From the NCBI RefSeq assembly GCF_009914755.1, contig NC_060931.1: DNA of 64,000 bases, one strand, 5' to 3'. The notes under the pieces are model-generated. The model made no database searches, was not told where the DNA came from, and saw only the letters and a list, made by a program, of their open reading frames with translations. This document shows positions 63,389-64,000 of this stretch, one piece after another. Position 1 is the first letter of the stretch. Each line of letters begins with the position of its first letter. Made by a program: the position numbers and the translations under genes. The stretch comes from the human T2T-CHM13v2.0 reference genome, Homo sapiens.

Positions 63389-64000
63389 TAGACACAAGAA
63401 TTCTCGTAAACTTCTTTGGATGTGTACATTCAACTCACAGAGTTGAACCTTTCTTTTGATAGAGCAGCTTTGAAACACTCTTTTTGGACAATCTGCAAGT
63501 GGATATTTGGTGCACTTTGAGGCCTAAGGTTTAAAAGGAAATATCTTCACATAAAAAACTAGACAGAAGCATTCTCCGAAACTTCTTTGTGATGTATGCA
63601 TTCAACTCACAGAGTTGAACCTTTCTTTCGATAGAGCAGTTTTCAAACACTCTTTTGGTAGAATCTGCAACTGTATATTTGGAGCACTTTGAGGCCTCTG
63701 GTGGAAAAGGAAATATCTTCACATTAAAACTAGACAGAAGCATTCTCAGAAACTTCTTTGTGATGTGTGCATTGAACTCACAGAGTTGAACATTTCTTTT
63801 GATAGTGCAGTTTTGAAACACCCTTTTTGTAGAATCTGCAAGTGGATATTTGGTTTCCTTTGAGGCTTATGTTGGAAAATGAAATATCTTCACATGAAAA
63901 ATAGACAGAAGCATTCTCAGAAACTCCTTTGTGATGTGTGCATTCAACAAACAGAGTTGAACCTTCCTTTTTGTAGAGCAGTTTTAAACACTCTTTTTGT

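Larger units (their letters stand above)
1..64000 (+). repeat. Alpha satellite (alphoid) tandem array, ~171-bp monomers, single orientation
   Basis: The core 'cattctcagaaact..tttgtgatgtgtgc.ttcaactcacagag.t.aacc....tttgatagagcag.tttgaaacactctttttgt.gaat.tgcaagtgga' recurs every ~170 bp across the window, always on the + strand. Confidence 0.99.
60250..64000 (+). repeat. Monomeric, A-type-only alpha satellite (SF4-like or older layer)
   Basis: Every monomer carries an A-box-type segment (cctatggtggaaaagg variants); I see no B-box-derived segment after ~60120. Confidence 0.7.

Noticed and set aside
129-63821. Numerous 60-190 aa ORFs (MFPNSSMKRKVKLCELNAHITK..., MMCAFNSQS...)
   Set aside because: They are translations of the satellite monomer, recur at the repeat period, and show no gene structure or recognisable domain.
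40470-64000. Alu/L1 insertions or an inversion at layer boundaries
   Set aside because: I see no poly(A) tail, target-site duplication, non-alphoid sequence or reverse-complement monomer.
1-64000. Promoter-, polyA- or splice-like motifs (aataaa, tata) and short palindromes (gaattc, aggcct, caattg)
   Set aside because: They are constitutive parts of the monomer; nothing in the sequence supports a regulatory role.
1-64000. A previously undescribed gene-based biological system
   Set aside because: The window has no non-satellite sequence; any novelty lies in repeat architecture only.

Overview
The whole 64 kb is primate alpha-satellite (alphoid) DNA: about 171-bp monomers, head-to-tail, in one orientation. 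I see no gene, RNA gene, transposon, CRISPR array or inversion, and every ORF in the track is a by-product of the repeat. The window reads as the edge of a centromeric array, with layers that look progressively older from left to right. (1) 1-~40,470: a suprachromosomal family 1 (SF1, 340-bp A/B dimer) higher-order repeat (HOR) with a CENP-B box site every 340 bp. Its 1,022-bp 6-mer and marker monomers match human chromosome 7 D7Z1 as I remember it. Here 8-, 10-, 12- and 14-mer variants outnumber 6-mers, and divergence rises after ~29.9 kb. (2) ~40,470-50,480: a divergent, CENP-B-box-containing layer with a fossil pentamer / 10-mer / ~30-mer hierarchy. (3) ~50,480-60,250: irregular A/B (SF5/R1R2-like) monomers with mostly dead B boxes. 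(4) ~60,250-64,000: A-type-only monomeric alpha satellite. I found no new protein-coding system. The interesting signal is the recombination and duplication history in the satellite. All alignments were done by eye; boundaries are approximate (about +/-50-150 bp).
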